64,000 bases of DNA, taken from positions 3,906,001-3,970,000 of the forward strand of contig NC_043000.1 in the NCBI RefSeq assembly GCF_006345805.1. Direction: 5' to 3'. This DNA comes from Octopus sinensis. Taxonomy: Eukaryota. Both the position numbers and the translations under genes were made by a program. Below the pieces are notes generated by a model. It was not told the DNA's origin. It did no database searches and worked only from the letters and a program-made list of their open reading frames with translations. Positions 1 to 11,303 of the stretch are shown piece by piece; the stretch's first letter is position 1, and every line of letters starts with the position of its first letter.

Positions 1-21
1 TTTGATAGCATTTATTAATGG

Positions 22-250
22 TTAACCCTTTCGTTACCAACCCGGCTGAAACCGGCTTTGGCTCATTAGTACAAATGTCTTGTTTTCATAAGTTTTGAAT
101 TAAAATCTTCCACCAAACCTTAGTCACAATTTATGTTCCTAACACTAGTTTAGTGATAACTAAGTTATTTTACTAAATTCTTTGTTATATTTAAAGTAAT
201 TGAAAGAAACACAGAGCATCTCAACAGAAATACAGTAATGAAAGGGTTAA
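22..250 (+). mobile_element. piggyBac-type MITE, family A
   Basis: TTAA|CCCTTTCGTTAC ... GTAATGAAAGGG|TTAA; homologous copies at 49631-49859 and 55527-55755. Confidence 0.85.
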
Positions 251-838
251 ACAATTGTATTTCATGAATTCATGATATTACAAGGAAATTTACCTTTAAA
301 ACATAGAGGCATATGATTTTCGACTATTTAGCTTCCGGAACATCCCTTTTTAGTGACCAACAATAATCAGCCAGCATAGAAGAGCTCCACTTTCCTTGGT
401 ACCAGGTTTCCATGTTCAGAGTGTCCTGGTGAAAGCTGATAACTCCAAAATTTGCTGGCAAAAAGTCCAAGTGACAGTTCAAGAAGTGGATTTTTGGGGC
501 TCATATTGCATCCCAAAGCCTTGTATGATGTCAGTAGCTCGTTCACAATGTCAGGAATAGTTTTCTGCTCTGTGATTCCCCAAAAAGTCTCTGCAAACTT
601 TCTTAAATGACAACCACGCAGCTTTTTCAACATTGAGCCCTTCATCAAACTTTTGGTCTCTCATCAGCTCCCTAATCTGTGACCCAACAAAAATAACTTC
701 CTTGATTTTTGCATCACTTACCCTTGGAAATTTAGTTTCCAAACATGTGAATCCCTTGCCAGTTCTATCCATACCTTTGATGAAATTCTTTAACTTTTGG
801 ATGAAAATGTTTTCTTTGTTTATCTCTGTGTCATCTGT

Positions 839-874
<36 letters not shown>

Positions 875-2149
875 TTGTAAATTAGGTTATCTACGAGATA
901 CCACCATGCTGAAAATAGCAGCCATGATCTGACTCTAAAACCACATTCAGTGTCCATATAGCAACACGGAGAGAAGACAAAGAGACTAGATGAAACTAGT
1001 AAAAAATTACTGGATAATTCCAGATCACGGATTTCTGGCTTTGCTCTCAATCCTGGCTTAATATGCAACTGAGGTAGATAGATTTTCTCAGAATCAACAA
1101 GGGGAGGATCGATGATATTCTTCTGTCCAGCAGTCAGAGTTTGTTTCGGTCACACATTCTTTTCATAATGATTTTTCTTGTTCCGACTGTCCCACTCACA
1201 GAGAAAGCAACAAAACTTGGTGTAACCCAGCTGCATTCCAAGTAAAAGTGCTACAACCTTTAGGTCACCAACAAATATTCCACTTTATATTCCTCGTACT
1301 TAATTTTTTGCCACAGAAGCTTCATACTCTCATATGTTTCCTTCATGTTAGCCGCATGGGGCAGAGGAACAGAAGGAAACTTATTTCCATTGTGGAGTAA
1401 AACTGCTTTCAAGCTTACTTTTGAGGGGTCAATAAACAAATGTCACTCATTTGTGCTATATTTGTGGTTAAGTTCCTCCATAACAGAACATACATCATTA
1501 CAAAACATCTCACCATCCTCAAGTGAGGAAAAATTTGCAAAATCACAATGCTGAGCATGATAAAAACTAACTTTGGTCTCTTTCTGGAGAAGCTTCCAGC
1601 CCTTTAACCTGGAACCAAGAAGTTCAGCTTGTTTTTGCAACAAGTTTAAATCTCACACAAGATCACTCAGATCTCCCTGCCTCAACAAATGTGGTTCACT
1701 TGAACAGTTAGGTTCAAAGTCCATGTCTTCCGTTTCTTTTTCCATATCTTCACCATTTGACTTGTCGTCACTAAGTGTCATTTGTTTTGGAGGGTCAGGT
1801 ACAGGCAAGTGTTGACTGTGAAGTACTGGTCTCAGCAGATTGCAAATTAGGATATTTTAAGTATGCTTGGATTTTGATGTTATACCTTATATATTTGTCA
1901 TGCAGAAGTAGCAATCTGAAGTGTGATATTTGGGCTCTCTCCAGATCATAGGGATGGCAAAAGGCATATGGCGTGAACCTTTGGCCCATGCAGTGAGAAG
2001 CTTGACACAGGTTACACAATGCACATAGGGGGCCCAGCTTTTATCTTGATCACCCATTTTGCAGTCAAAATAATGCTCATAGCACTTTTTAACCTATGGT
2101 GTGAAATGCATTGTAACTTGAATGCTAAGTCACCACATATACAGCAAAA

Positions 2150-2524
2150 CGATAACTCTGAGCACCTTTTCAAACTCCACCCGTCTAACACCTGTGGACA
2201 TATTTACAAAGTCAGAAAACAGAACAGCTCCCATGACTGTAGGAAACATTTTTTCACACTGAGAGTTGCTGAAGCATGGAACAAACTGCCAGCATCAGTT
2301 GTTAGTTGTCGGAGCACTGCATCCTTCAAAACTTCCATGCTTCCTGAGATTTGCCAACACTACACTTGATTTTCTCCCCTCCATACACACGCAAGCATGT
2401 ATCTGACTCATACACTGTTCACTTTCCAGACATTTGTACATTACTGCATATGCTTTATATGCACTTTCTGACAAGTTGTGGTGCACCTGAGCACTGTATA
2501 CAATAATTTCATTATTATTATTAT
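2150..2524 (+). mobile_element. 5'-truncated CR1-like LINE (ORF2 C-terminus, 3' UTR, (ATT)n tail) inserted into the transposase N-terminus
   Basis: SNTCGHIYKVRKQNSSHDCRKHFFTLRVAEAWNKLPASVV matches the CR1/L2-group C-terminal motif; tail ttcattattatt. Confidence 0.85.
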
Positions 2525-2825
2525 AAAAGTTGTTTGCGATGTTTATACAGTTTCTTGGCATTATGAGGATGAATGGAATATGTGAACTTAGTATACAATC
2601 GCATGCCTACACTTCAAGCACAGTACTGACAAAGCATCGGTGACTCATTGACTCAGCTCGATTTATGATTTCATTAGGTTAATTCTTTTCATAAACATTT
2701 AAATTAGCTTCACTGTTAGCTTCACATTTCAACAGCTTAACTGAAATTTATCTCACATATCAGGAACTGAGAGGGATATTGTGGAACAGAGAAACTGTGG
2801 GTGATACAGATATTGCGACATTATT

Positions 2826-3096
2826 TGAGAGTTACTGAAGCATGGAACAAACTGCCAGCATCAGTTGTTAGTTGTCGGAGCACTGCATCCTTCAAAACTT
2901 CCATGCTTCCTGAGATTTGCCAACACTACACTTGATTTTCTCCCCTCCATACACACGCAAGCATGTATCTGACTCATACATTGTTCGCTTTCCAGACATT
3001 ATTACATTACTGCATGTACTTTATATGCACTTTCTGACAAGTTGTGGTGCACCTGAACACTGTATACAATAATTTCATTATTATTATTATTATATT
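2826..3096 (+). mobile_element. Second, shorter copy of the same CR1-like 3' end
   Basis: Near-identical to 2260-2524. Confidence 0.85.
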
Positions 3097-3360
3097 ATTT
3101 ATTTTTGAATTCTGCATGCAAAAACATATAAGATACAGGTATTCTTTTTCTTGAGACAAATTCTTTGTTGACTAATGTAGTTAACCAACGTTCATTATAG
3201 TTTCAAGAGAGACAAACCTTCCACTGACGAGATATCAGTCTATTGCTGTTGACATTGGTATATCATTAAATTGAACTGAATGGAATTTAAACTCTGAACT
3301 GAATCTTTTAGAATAAATTGTCAAGCTGAAGAACACAAAATGTTTACAGTGGATATAAAC

Positions 3361-3693
3361 CAGTGATTCTTAGTCGTTTTTTTTTTTAATCTCTGGACCC
3401 TTTGATTACTGTTTTACTATAGTGGGCCCCCATAGCCATTCAATGTTCATAAACTAGTTTTATAGATACTTCTTTAAAAATTCCTATTTTGTTTATCATG
3501 CATTCATTTGTGTAGGCTGAACTATGTAAAATTCTAGAGAAAAAAACCTAACTGTTTCTTGTAATAAAAACATTTAAAGCAAACTTTTGTTATTGGACCC
3601 ATAAAATACTATTGTGTACTCAATTTACTATTTTGCTTGTGTGGATCCCCGATCATTTCCTAATCGTATATGGAATCTGGTTGAGAACCACTG
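3361..3693. mobile_element. hAT (Charlie-like) MITE; related copy at about 31798-32034
   Basis: CAGTGATTCT...AGAACCACTG termini and perfect 8-bp TSD ATATAAAC. Confidence 0.85.
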
Positions 3694-6680
3694 ATATAAA
3701 CTGAGACTAAATAGCCAAAAATCTTGTCCACTCAACTATTTTATCCACGGGTGACCATGGCTTTAATTCTTAATATAGTCCATTGGGAAATGAAATCCAG
3801 TTTTTTTTTTTCTTTTCAAACATTATTATGAAGGCAATAAGAGCTTTAAAAAGACTTTAATCTAAGTGATATTAAATGGCATTTTGAGGCCATAAACAGC
3901 TTCTTCTTTCAGAGCAAACTATTCAAAGCCCTGAAGAAGTAGGGCTATGATTAAAGACATTCCAGCTCTGACCATCTTGGCTTTCTTCAAGCAAAAGTCT
4001 ACTCAGAATCACATTATCCAATATGATTTTTTTTTTCAAGACAATAGAGTGCGATTTAAGATGCATTTGACTGCTATTTCTAGCAAGTTGAGCAAACAGT
4101 TTCAGCTCCATTGTTTAAATATTTAGTTTTTTATGTTCTGTTGGAAAGTCTGATTATATAACGGTTATTAATTGCAATATTTTTAAAAAGAGGATTCAGC
4201 TTATGATGGCAAACTTAACTTGCATTCAACTCTTAGTTGATATTTCAACACTGAGGCAGTGAGCTGGCAGAATCATTAGCACACCCAACAAAATGCTTAG
4301 TGGCATTTTGTCTGTCCTCACATTCTGAGTTCAAATTCCGCCAAGGTAGGCTTTGCCTTTCATCCTTTCATGGTTGATAAAATAAGTGCCTTTTGAACAC
4401 TGGGGTTGATATAATCGATATATATTCTTCCCTTAATTCTTGGCTTTGTGCGAAAATGTGAAACCCATATCTCTACACTAAGCAGAAAGAACTGTTTTTT
4501 TTTGTTAGTTTTTTTTTTTACAAGGACACAAAATGAATACTGGTGTTATTATTTGAAATTCTACAAAAATAAATAAATAAATAAAATATGTTCCTCTAGA
4601 TAAAACCTGCATATTCTTGAAGGAGTTGACCATTTCTTCTTTCTTGGCATTAATGTAGTGGACAGAGAGATTGACCGAGTCATCTTATGAGCACCAAATA
4701 AAAGAAGTGCTTCCTAAACTCATTCATAGACACCTCTTGACTTAAAGGAAGGCATAAACAGTATTACATCTATTCAACAGCTTTGTATGCCAAGTTGTAA
4801 TAGTTGATACAGTGAGAATGCAGTGGAATCTCAGACTGATAGAAAACCAATATTATAATTATATCACATACACTGTTGTACATAAACAGTTAGTCCTGCT
4901 GAAAATTATAACTACTAGTAGTAGTAGTTTGGTCTTAAGTCAGTTTTGATTAAGAAGACAAATGATCAAAAATGTTCCAACTCTGACCATCCCACTTTTT
5001 ACTTTCAGACTTCTGGTATTTGGGAATATGGTATTTAATAAATCCATAGGTGGTGAAATTGTGAAGGCTTAGTGGTTAGGGTATTTGGCTTGTGAGTTTA
5101 ATTGCCGGCGGTGTGTTGTGTCCCCGAGCAAGACACTTTTTTTCGCGTTGCTTCAGTTCACTCAGCTGGCAAAAATGAGTAGTACCTGTATTTCAAGGGG
5201 GTCAGCCTTGTCACACTCTGTGTCACGCTGAATCTCCTTGAGAAGTATTGTGAAGGGGTACACGTGTCTGTGGAGTGCTCAGCCACTTGCACGTTAATCT
5301 CACGAGCAAGCTGTTCTGTCGATTGGATCAACTGGAAACCTCATCATCACAAGCGACGAAGTGCCAGTTTTAGGTGGTGGGATGATAGAATCAGTAAAAC
5401 ATCAGACAAAATGCCTTGTGGTATTTGTTCTGGCTCTTTACATTTTGTGTTCAAATTCCACTGAGGTTGGTTTCACTTTTCATTCTTCTGGGAATCAGTA
5501 AAATAAAGTACCTGTGAAGTACTGGTGTTGGTATAATCAGTTGCCTCTTCTCCCAGACTTTGTGGTCTTGTTCCTGTGTTTGAAATTATCTAATGTGTCC
5601 TCTTTTTAAGGTAATGGTTGGAGGAAATTTGACTACTAGTTGTAGCAGATCAAATAATTACATGGAAACTCTTTTGTTGGTTCAAGCTGTACTGCAGCTA
5701 GAGCTAGTGACAGTAGCTTGAATTTGAAAGATTTGGAAGGAGCTGTATGTGACTGCTGAGAGGCAATTTCTCAGTACAAAACATGATTGCAATCTATCTT
5801 TTTGGAGAGTGGTGATAGTAGAAACTGGAGTATTATAGTGACTTGTGGGGCTTAAGTTGAGTCTTACCGCTTAGATGAGTAAGTTTAGAAGTGGGTTATC
5901 CACATGACTAAAAACCAGAATGGAAAATTTTATTTATGTTGAAGGAGATGGTGCAGAATCGTATTTCAGAATTAGATATAGTGACATTTGTAGAAATTAT
6001 TACAAAATGAAACATTTTGAACATGTTGGTTTTTCTTTATGACTCAGCATTTGATATATAAACGTTTGTTGCTTGCCATCAATTAAAAAGGCACAAATAA
6101 ACATTTAATATTTACTAATATTGATTTACAATAATATTTCACTGCTTTATATTTGAATAGCTAAGTGTTGTTGTATTTATGGAGTTAGCTCAATTTATTG
6201 TTGGCATTTTATGATGGAAAGGCAGCTAAAATACTTAATATCCTGACAAATTTAATGACAGTGCAAATAAGTTGGCCAATATTTTCAACAAGGGATTCAT
6301 TTTCAGCCTTGACTTTCAAGCATATACAAGACAGGGCTTTACAAGCTCATGAGAGAGGGAACCCCCTCCCTATTACAATGGAATCATAATGTAAAGAGTG
6401 AATCTTTCATGTCTGGAAGTATGGTGTATCTTCCACAGTTTGGTAGAATCTGTCTTGTTCTAAGTAACATTCGTGGTAAAATTTCTCTCATTAGTCACAG
6501 CTCCAATATCAACTGTTTCTGCCTAGTGAATGTGAACTAGTTTTAAATTCTGTCTGAACCAAATAAGCCTATGAGTCAAATTCTTATATGAATAAATAAT
6601 TATGGCAGAATTTGAATTCAACATTATAACAAAGTATTTGTCATTTATACAGTGTTGCCATTGTTGACCAGAGTCTACTG

Positions 6681-7768
6681 CAGTGTTTCGCAACCTATTT
6701 TCCTGCCAAGCCTTACTATAATTTTCTAGAAAAATGTATGCCCAACCAGTGGGTAGAAAAAAAGAAAATTTATTTTTAGGAGTGGCTTTTTGGTAAGTAA
6801 CTTTCTTACCAACCACATGGTTCTGGGTTCACTCCCACTGTGTGGCACCTTGGGCAAGTGTCTTCAACTATAGCCTCGGGTCGGCCAAATCCTTGTGAGT
6901 GGATTTGGTAGACGGAAACTGAAAGAAGCCCGTCTTATATATGTGTGTGTGTGTATGTATATGCTTGTGTGTCTGTGCTTGTCCCCCACAACATTGCTTG
7001 ACAACCAATGCTGGTGTGTTTATGTCCCCATCAATTAGTGGTTCGGCAAGAGAGATCGATAGAGTAAGTACTGGGCTTACAGAGAATAAGTCCTGGGATT
7101 GATTTGCTCGACTAAAGGCGGTGTTCCAGCATGGCCACAGTCAAATGACAAACAAAGAAAAAGAATAAAGAATAATTGTTTAACACAAAAGAATCAACCT
7201 GCATTTCTTTTAAGTACTGAGTACAAAAAAAGTACATTACTGACTAAGAGAAAATAAAGTGAATCACTTTGCCGAGAACCTTGTACGTGGTGAGTGCAGC
7301 AGATTTCTTTGATTTGAGGAGACAATTTTGTTAGCTTCAGCCATAAATCACCAAGTTTTGTAATTTCAAGTCTGTACCCCTTGACTTGAAGCAAAGCCTC
7401 AACAGCACTAAAGCCACACTCAACCAAATAAGACTGAAAAAAAAATAAAAATTTGAATCCCATGCCCCACCACAATTTTCCCAGGCCCCACTAATGGAGA
7501 ATATGCTAAAATTAAAGCTAAAGTTACCATGGTTTCCATGGCATATAAAATCCCCATCTGGATGGGACACCAGTCTGTCACAGGATTACTAATTTTTGCC
7601 AGCTGAGTGGACTGGAGCAATGTGAAATGAAGCGTTTTGCTCAAGGGCCACAGCATGTCACATAGTCTAGGAATCGAAACCACAATCTTACAATCATGAG
7701 TCGAGCACCCTAATCACTAGGCCATGTGCCTCCACAGTGGAACGTATTCCCCACGTTGGGAATCACTG
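6681..7768 (-). mobile_element. Internally deleted hAT-Charlie element with transposase C-terminal remnant (about 7270-7440) and two nested SINEs
   Basis: TIRs CAGTGTTTCGCAAC / GTTGGGAATCACTG; TSD GTCTACTG/GTCTGCTG; SYLVECGFSAV..LL...RLEITKLGDLWLKLT...HHVQGS resembles the hAT C-terminal dimerisation region. Confidence 0.8.
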
Positions 7769-8117
7769 GTCTGCTGTATTTTCACATCGGTGGATATGAT
7801 CAGTGTTAGTTGAGTTGTTAAGGTTACTGTACTGTGTTACTCTTTTACTTGTTTCAGTCATTTGACTGTGGCCGTGCTGGAGCACCGCCTTTTAGTCGAG
7901 CAAATCAACCTCAGGACTTATTCTTTGTAAGCCTAGTTGTGGTGCACCTGAGCACTGTATACAATAATTTCATTATTATATATTATTATTATTATTATTA
8001 TTTATTCTATCGGTCTCTTTTGCTGAACCGTTAAGTGAGTTGTTGACCAGATATTAACTTTGAATATTTTGGCTTGTATCGAGGTGAGTTGTGCTGATTG
8101 TTAGAATATAGTTACTA

Positions 8118-9267
8118 TTATCAGCAGTTAGAAATTTAAAGGTTGATAATTATCAGCAGTTAGAAATTTAAAGGTTGATAATTATCAGCAGTTAGAAATT
8201 TAAAGGTTGATAATTATCAGCAGTTAGAAATTTAAAGGTTGATAATTATCAGCAGTTAGAAATTTAAAGGTTGATAATTATCAGCAGTTAGAAATTTAAA
8301 GGTTGATAATTATCAGCAGTTAGAAATTTAAAGGTTGATAATTATCAACAGTTAGAAATTTAAAGGTTGATAATTATCAGCAGTTAGAAATTTAAAGGTT
8401 GATAATTATCAGCAGTTAGAAATTTAAAGGTTGATAATTATCAGCAGTTAGAAATTTAAAGGTTGATAATTATCAGCAGTTAGAAATTTAAAGGTTGATA
8501 ATTATCAGCAGTTAGAAATTAAAGGTTGATAATTATCAGCAGTTAGAAATTTAAAGGTTGATAATTATCAGCAGTTAGAAATTTAAAGGTTGATAATTAT
8601 CAACAGTTAGAAATTTAAAGGTTGATAATTATCAACAGTTAGAATTTAAAGGTTGATAATTATCAACAGTTAGAAATTTAAAGGTTGATAATTATCAGCA
8701 GTTAGAAATTTAAAGGTTGATAATTATCAGCAGTTAGAAATTAAAGGTTGATAATTATCAGCAGTTAGAAATTTAAAGGTTGATAATTATCAACAGTTAG
8801 AAATTTAAAGGTTGATAATTATCAGCAGTTAGAAATTAAAGGTTGATAATTATCAACAGTTAGAAATTTAAAGGTTGATAATATCAGCAGTTAGAAATTT
8901 AAAGGTTGATAATTATCAACAGTTAGAAATTTAAAGGTTGATAATTATCAACAGTTAGAAATTTAAAGGTTGATAATTATCAGCAGTTAGAAATTTAAAG
9001 GTTGATAATTATCAACAGTTAGAAATTTAAAGGTTGATAATTATCAACAGTTAGAAATTTAAAGGTTGATAATTATCAGCAGTTAGAAATTTAAAGGTTG
9101 ATAATTATCAGCAGTTAGAAATTTAAAGGTTGATAATTATCAGCAGTTAGAAATTTAAAGGTTGATAATTATCAACAGTTAGAAATTTAAAGGTTGATAA
9201 TTATCAGCAGTTAGAAATTTAAAGGTTGATAATTATCAGCAGTTAGAAATTTAAAGGTTGATAATTA
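8118..9267. repeat. 32-bp minisatellite, about 36 copies (ttatca(g/a)cagttagaaatttaaaggttgataa)
   Basis: Direct periodicity of 32 (8121, 8153, ...); only a G/A variant and occasional 1-bp deletions; no spacers. Confidence 0.97.
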
Positions 9268-9523
9268 AATAATTATCTTTTGCAAACACATAAAAGTTTG
9301 CAGTGAACTGTTTATGTAGCATTTTGGATAATTTAAACATCATCTATCGTCTCACTGATCCATCAGTGACGTGGAGTTTCTATCATGCAGCATGGAAAAT
9401 ACTTTTTTTTTTAAATAGTTGTTTCTGAAGGTACTGCTTTATTTAGCATGGTAATATTCGGGATGACTTAACCGTAGCAACAAGAATTATCAATCAAAAA
9501 GTAACATAGATGCAGCACGGAAT

Positions 9524-9574
9524 TTTGTCAGTGAACAGGTCGCGGTCTCAAAGCTACGAAAATATTTTGGCAAA
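9524..9574 (+). ncRNA. Third copy of the hammerhead-like motif, one stem II mismatch
   Basis: tttgtca GTGAACA ggtcgcggtctcaaagctac GAAAATATTT tggcaaa. Confidence 0.45.
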
Positions 9575-9925
9575 TCTCTCTCTCTATATATATAAAGCTC
9601 CTTCGAGACCCTGCAGTGCAAGTTGACCAAAATTGAGAGTATGATAGAAGAAGGCTTGCTCTTCCTTCCGTAGAAGAAAAAATTCAAATCGAACCATGTT
9701 AACACCAAACATTATTTACATCAAAAAGGTGCTTTTTTTTCTATGGAAATCCCTATTTTTTACGATATTTTTGATTGCTGTGTCGCCATTTTTCGGTGTA
9801 TTTCAGCCAGAAAAATGTTCCCTTGAAGAGAATAACAAGCTACATAATGCAAAATTTTTACTTTCCAAAAATTCCAATTCTAAAGGGTCGAAATAAACCC
9901 GAGCAACGCCGGGCGATACTGCTAG
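9575..9925 (+). mobile_element. Non-autonomous Helitron
   Basis: 5' TC, 3' hairpin cccgagcaacgccggg then CTAG, inserted between A and T without TSD (empty site readable at 16748-16762). Confidence 0.85.
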
Positions 9926-10230
9926 TTAAATTTAAATGTTGAAGTGAATCTAACGGTTTTTGTGTGTTCCTTAAATGGCTTATAAACACCTTCCACACTG
10001 CAGTAGTTATCTCGCTTATAGCATTATTTCAAGGGAGATTACTCTTGTGTGATTCGTAAATGATAATTATCCTCGTTCGATAACACATATTCGACTGGTC
10101 ATTTTAAATAATTGATACCTCGCTCGCAACATTTCTTTGATATTCTAACATGGGAGTGGAGTGTGTAGCTAATTCAGAAAGGAGTGATAAGCTTTACCCT
10201 ACCTAATTAAGTCATTAAAAAAAAAAAGAG

Positions 10231-10662
10231 GGCAATCTTTCGTCTCTAGTAGACCTTTCCGTCGATTTCCGTAAAAAAATTTTTTTTTTTTACATATGGG
10301 CTTGCGGGAACTTTTGAAGTAATGAGAGCGAAAGAGACTAAGACAAAGCGATTGTATGACGAGGGAAGTTCTTTTGAAGTTACCGTGCATGGGAAGCATT
10401 GATGTACATGTGTGTGTGTGTGTGTGTGTGTGTTTGATGGGGTGTGGGAGACAGACAGTATGTTGTGTAAGTGAAGTGCTTCTGTTAGTGTGTGTGAAGA
10501 GACAGAGTAATGTGTGAAAGAAAGAGATAACTGAAATGTTTTACTCGGTGTATGTGTATATGTATGTATATTACTTCAAAAGTTCCCGCAAGCCCATATG
10601 CAAAAAAAAAATTTTCTTTTACGGAAATCGACGGAAAGGTCTACTAGAGACGAAAGATCGCC
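10231..10662. mobile_element. MITE with about 90-bp TIRs, GG termini and 8-bp TSD (Merlin- or Mutator-like)
   Basis: ggcaatctttcgtctctagtagacc... / ...ggtctactagagacgaaagatcgcc; TSD AAAAAGAG at 10223-10230 and 10663-10670. Confidence 0.8.
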
Positions 10663-10949
10663 AAAAAGAGTTCCTGGATTCCATCCTCCCGTAACACCAT
10701 GTCAAAATGGACGTTAAGATGGTGTTAGATCTCGAAATTTTGGACTTCAAACTGATAATCCTACTTGACATTTATTAATCTTTTTGCCACAACAACAAAA
10801 TGCCTTTAAAGTTCAACTGATTCTCAAAATAAAGCTTGAATCTATATAAAATGGGATTAGTAAAAATAGATGCAACTTATATTTTATTACTACATTAAGA
10901 TAAATTTAGAACTCACAGGTGACAGATGTTTATTATTATCAAGTTATAT

Positions 10950-11106
10950 CTCTCTCTTTTACTTGTTTCAGTCATTTGACTGCGGCCATGCTGGAGCACC
11001 GCCTTTAGTCGAGTGAATCGACCCCGGGACTTATTCTTTGTAAGGCCAGTACTTATTCTATCGGTCTCTTTTGCCGAACCGCTTAGTGACAGGGACGTAA
11101 ACACAC

Positions 11107-11150
<44 letters not shown>

Positions 11151-11303
11151 CACATATACGACAGGCTTCTTTCAGTTTCCGTCTACCAAATCCACTCACA
11201 AGGCATTGGTCGGCCCGGGGCTATAGCAGAAGACACTTGCCCAAGATGTCACGCAGTGGGACTGAACCCGGAACCATGTGGTTGGTTAGCAAGCTACTTA
11301 CCA
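10950..11303 (-). mobile_element. Same CORE-type SINE, minus strand; other minus copies at about 7838-8036 (tail), 21000-21386, 22327-22764, 28093-28489, 32617-33025, 33925-34331, 49340-49628, 57108-57535
   Basis: Reverse complement of the 16097-16502 family; source of the recurring spurious ORFs RRASFSFRLPNPLTR and DRLLSVSVYQIHSQG. Confidence 0.9.

Larger units (their letters stand above)
251..3177 (-). mobile_element. Decayed Chapaev3-like (CMC superfamily) DNA transposon with pseudogenised transposase (about 297-2561)
   Basis: Minus-strand fragments in order: MPRNCINIANNF|CCICGD, LFIDPSKVSLKAVLLHNGNK, GDLKVVALLLGMQLGYTKFCCFLCEWDSR, HIKPGL, KIKEVIFVGSQIRELM, FLGNHRAENY, LLTSYKALGCNMS, RYQGKWSSSMLADYCWSLKRD. 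Multiple frameshifts and stops; probable terminus CATTAGTCAACAAAG at 3177. Family name from recalled motifs. Confidence 0.78.
9513..10003 (+). mobile_element. Copy of the same Penelope-like repeat, split by a Helitron
   Basis: 9513-9574 and 9926-10003 are collinear with the repeat at 16693-16823 and the inverted arm once 9575-9925 is removed. Confidence 0.65.

Noticed and set aside
5590-5616. AG|GT ratchet-like site (tctttttaag|gtaatg)
   Set aside because: AAG acceptor with a short tract and weak donor; expected by chance in AT-rich DNA.
8051-8089. Possible 33-nt upstream exon ending GAG|gtgagt
   Set aside because: Good donor but no pyrimidine tract at the acceptor, no start codon and no similarity to synaptophysin N-termini.
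8118-9267. CRISPR array (32-bp repeat with a palindrome)
   Set aside because: Units are head-to-tail with no spacers, there are no cas genes, and the context is eukaryotic.
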